From: Octopus vulgaris
Lineage: Eukaryota
Reading direction: 5' to 3'
Length of the DNA stretch: 64,000 bases
NCBI GenBank assembly: GCA_951406725.2
Contig: OX597837.1
Location: 46,748,001-46,812,000 of the forward strand
A program made the translations under genes and the position numbers. The notes under the pieces are model-generated. The model had not been told where the DNA came from. It saw nothing but the letters and a program-made list of their open reading frames with translations, and searched no databases. This document shows, piece by piece, positions 61,471 to 64,000 of this stretch; position 1 is the first letter of the stretch, and every line of letters begins with the position of its first letter.

Positions 61471-64000
61471 TGTGGGATGGAGGCGAGCAGCACACACAAA
61501 AGAGAAAAAAAAAAGAGGAAGATACAAAAAAAAACAACTTTGTGCAGCATCTGGCAATATTAGCAACTGACTGCCCAGAGTGAAGAGTTCTTCTGTGAAG
61601 AATTTTTTTCCTGGTTTCTATCCCTACCATCATCACATTTGCTGGGCCAGGTATCAGTTGGCAGCACTTCTTTTTGCAATTTTACTGGAAGGTGGTGTTT
61701 GGGCCGTCACTTAACAGCATTTGTCATGTTGCTATATTTTGGGTCTTACCTTAAAGCCATTGGTCCTTGCTATTTATTGTGTCTCGACACACGAGAATAC
61801 ATTATTGAAATTTAATGTAGCAGACTGTGTTAACAGGCACAATTCTTTCTTGGCCAAACTTGTCTTAAATTAAACTCTCTTAAACTTTTGTTCTTTTTAC
61901 TTTGAATGTAAAATTAAAAACCAGAAAAAAAGGGTTTTTTTTTTGTCTTTTTAATTTCACCAAACACTTCATCCATCCATGTATCCATCCATGCTTGCTG
62001 TCTTGACAGTCTGTCTGTTATTTGATTGTGATTTCATTTTGTTAATTATTATTTTCGTTAATTAATTAAGATTAGTTTTCTAATTAGTTTTGAGACACGG
62101 TATGTGTATGTGTTCATATTTTCTGGTTTCTCTGCTACTTTATTTAAATAATGATTTGGATGTGCACAAAGCAGTGGGAGGCAACGCCTTGCTCCATCAT
62201 CACCGAAACAAACCAACCCTGCACTCCCAATCCATCCTGAATTATTTTGTTAACGCGTCTCTGTGCAGCCAGCTGCCCGTTTGTGCAACCATGGGATACC
62301 AAACAACTACTGAACACGTATTCAATATAACTGATTCTATTGTTAATCTCTTCCTGATTAAAAGCACTCTCATTATTTCTTGTGATATTGTCTTTGTGTG
62401 TGTGATACATAAACATGCATCAACACACATCCATTTGCATATCTACATACATGCATGTGTAGATTCGTCAACGTTTGTTTTGCACTTGTTCTGGTGTGTT
62501 AATTTCATTACAACTTCATCCCCGGCCCTGTTTGTCTATATACACCCTGTAGGGTTTTGTCAATGCTAGTCAAGTTTTAGTTGCCCTCTATCTATCAGGA
62601 GATTCATAATTAACTTAAATATTTACTACTAGAGTAGGGCTGTCCCTTTTACCTCTCCTACTCTCTATTAACCATGTCTGAGGAACCGAATTCTTTGTTG
62701 GCATCTGAGTCCTGCACAGCTTACATTGCTACCAAGTTAAATTCAGACAAGTTTGGCCAGTCAGAATTGAACCTAGCATCCCCAATCTGCCAGGTTTTAA
62801 TGTTTTGATTTCCCTTTGCCTGCTCTATTCAGACTCATCCACCCTCTCCAATCTGTCAGAATTTACAATTTTGATGACCCACCACCCTCCAATTTTTTCA
62901 GAATTTACAAATTTCATGATTGTGGTTAAATTAGAATTTTTTTGGATGTTGATGTCAGAGTTGATTCATCTCCTCTTCCTCCCCCGCTGTCCCTGTCATC
63001 ACAGCAATTTTTTTCATAAATAATTCTCAGTTCAGACAAGCTCAGCCTCCTAACCAATTATTGGCAGTACCAAAAGATAAGATTTTTTTTTCCTTTTTGT
63101 TTTTTTATATCACAACTCTGCCTGGTCTGTTTGAATGTTTGTGACTATATAATACGTATATCTATCTTACATCAGTTAGAAGCAGTTTTGTCTTGTAGAC
63201 ATAAATAAGCTTAAACCTGAATCTGTCTGTCTGTCCTCTGCTATTTCATAGAGAAACTTTACTTACCTTAGACGAAGATATTTAAATGATTTTATAGCTA
63301 AGGTTTCTGTCTTGCTCTTTTAATTTCTACAATATTCCAAAATGTTCATGTAGTACTTGGGTATTTTGCATTCATAAGGGTTATTTCATTATTAATATTG
63401 TTGTTATTATTACTGTTTGTTTTTTTAAAATGTTTTTCCAGTAGTTAATTAGCTAAAAATGCCAAGATTATTTTTGATTTGATTTCTGCTGTTTTGGTTT
63501 GTTATTATAATGAACAGTCACACAAATGTGTACACCTTACGCACGTGCACACACACACACACACACACACACAAGCTCATATGCATACAAAGCTAGATTT
63601 TAAAATTAATTTTATTACTGCTTAATTTTGGTTTGTTTAGCTAAAGAATATAAATTACACCCACTAACGCATACATTTGACGTTTTTTTGGTTTTAACCC
63701 TGCAAAACTCTGTCCTCACATTGTAATGTTTTTGTTGTTCACCAATAAGCTGTTTCTTCTTCGTCCAGACATTTCAAGTCTCCTCAACTTATTTTTTATT
63801 ATTAAATTTCATTTTCCAATAATTTTCTCTCCTGGCTTTGAAAACAAAAGAAAAAAAAAATTTTTTTATTTTGACTCGTTTTTGTTTTATTTTCTAAATA
63901 CTATTTTTTGATTAATGCTCTGAGACATATTTTTCCTCTTTTTCCCTTCTTTCACTTTGTTTATTCTAATGATTTTATTATCCCTCTCTCTCTCTCTCTC
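61471..64000 (+). other. Probable long AU-rich 3' UTR of UBFD1 (3' end not determined)
   Basis: About 2.5 kb after the stop codon, T-rich and free of the SINEs that fill the rest of the window; only ATTAAA-type signals seen. Confidence 0.4.

Overview
This window is AT-rich, microsatellite- and SINE-dense animal DNA. The repeat landscape strongly suggests an octopus-like coleoid cephalopod, which is an inference. Almost all of the supplied ORF track is spurious. Manual splicing gives three complete, frame-consistent genes: FARS2 (mitochondrial Phe-tRNA synthetase, minus strand, 6 coding exons, 437 aa), LYRM4/ISD11 (plus strand, 3 exons, 83 aa) and UBFD1 (plus strand, 8 coding exons, 284 aa). 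FARS2 and LYRM4 are head-to-head with start codons about 865 bp apart, the same arrangement as the human LYRM4-FARS2 bidirectional pair. I found no host exons in 1-22 kb. The non-coding DNA holds tRNA-derived SINEs, RTE/CR1/Penelope LINE relics, Tc1/mariner relics, and hAT- and piggyBac-type MITEs. The most striking unexplained signals are several long fold-back palindromes and a set of minimal type-I hammerhead-ribozyme-like motifs with self-complementary stem III (Penelope/retrozyme style). One motif is mirrored on both strands of a 321-bp hairpin, and one flanks a recent 330-bp inverted duplication.
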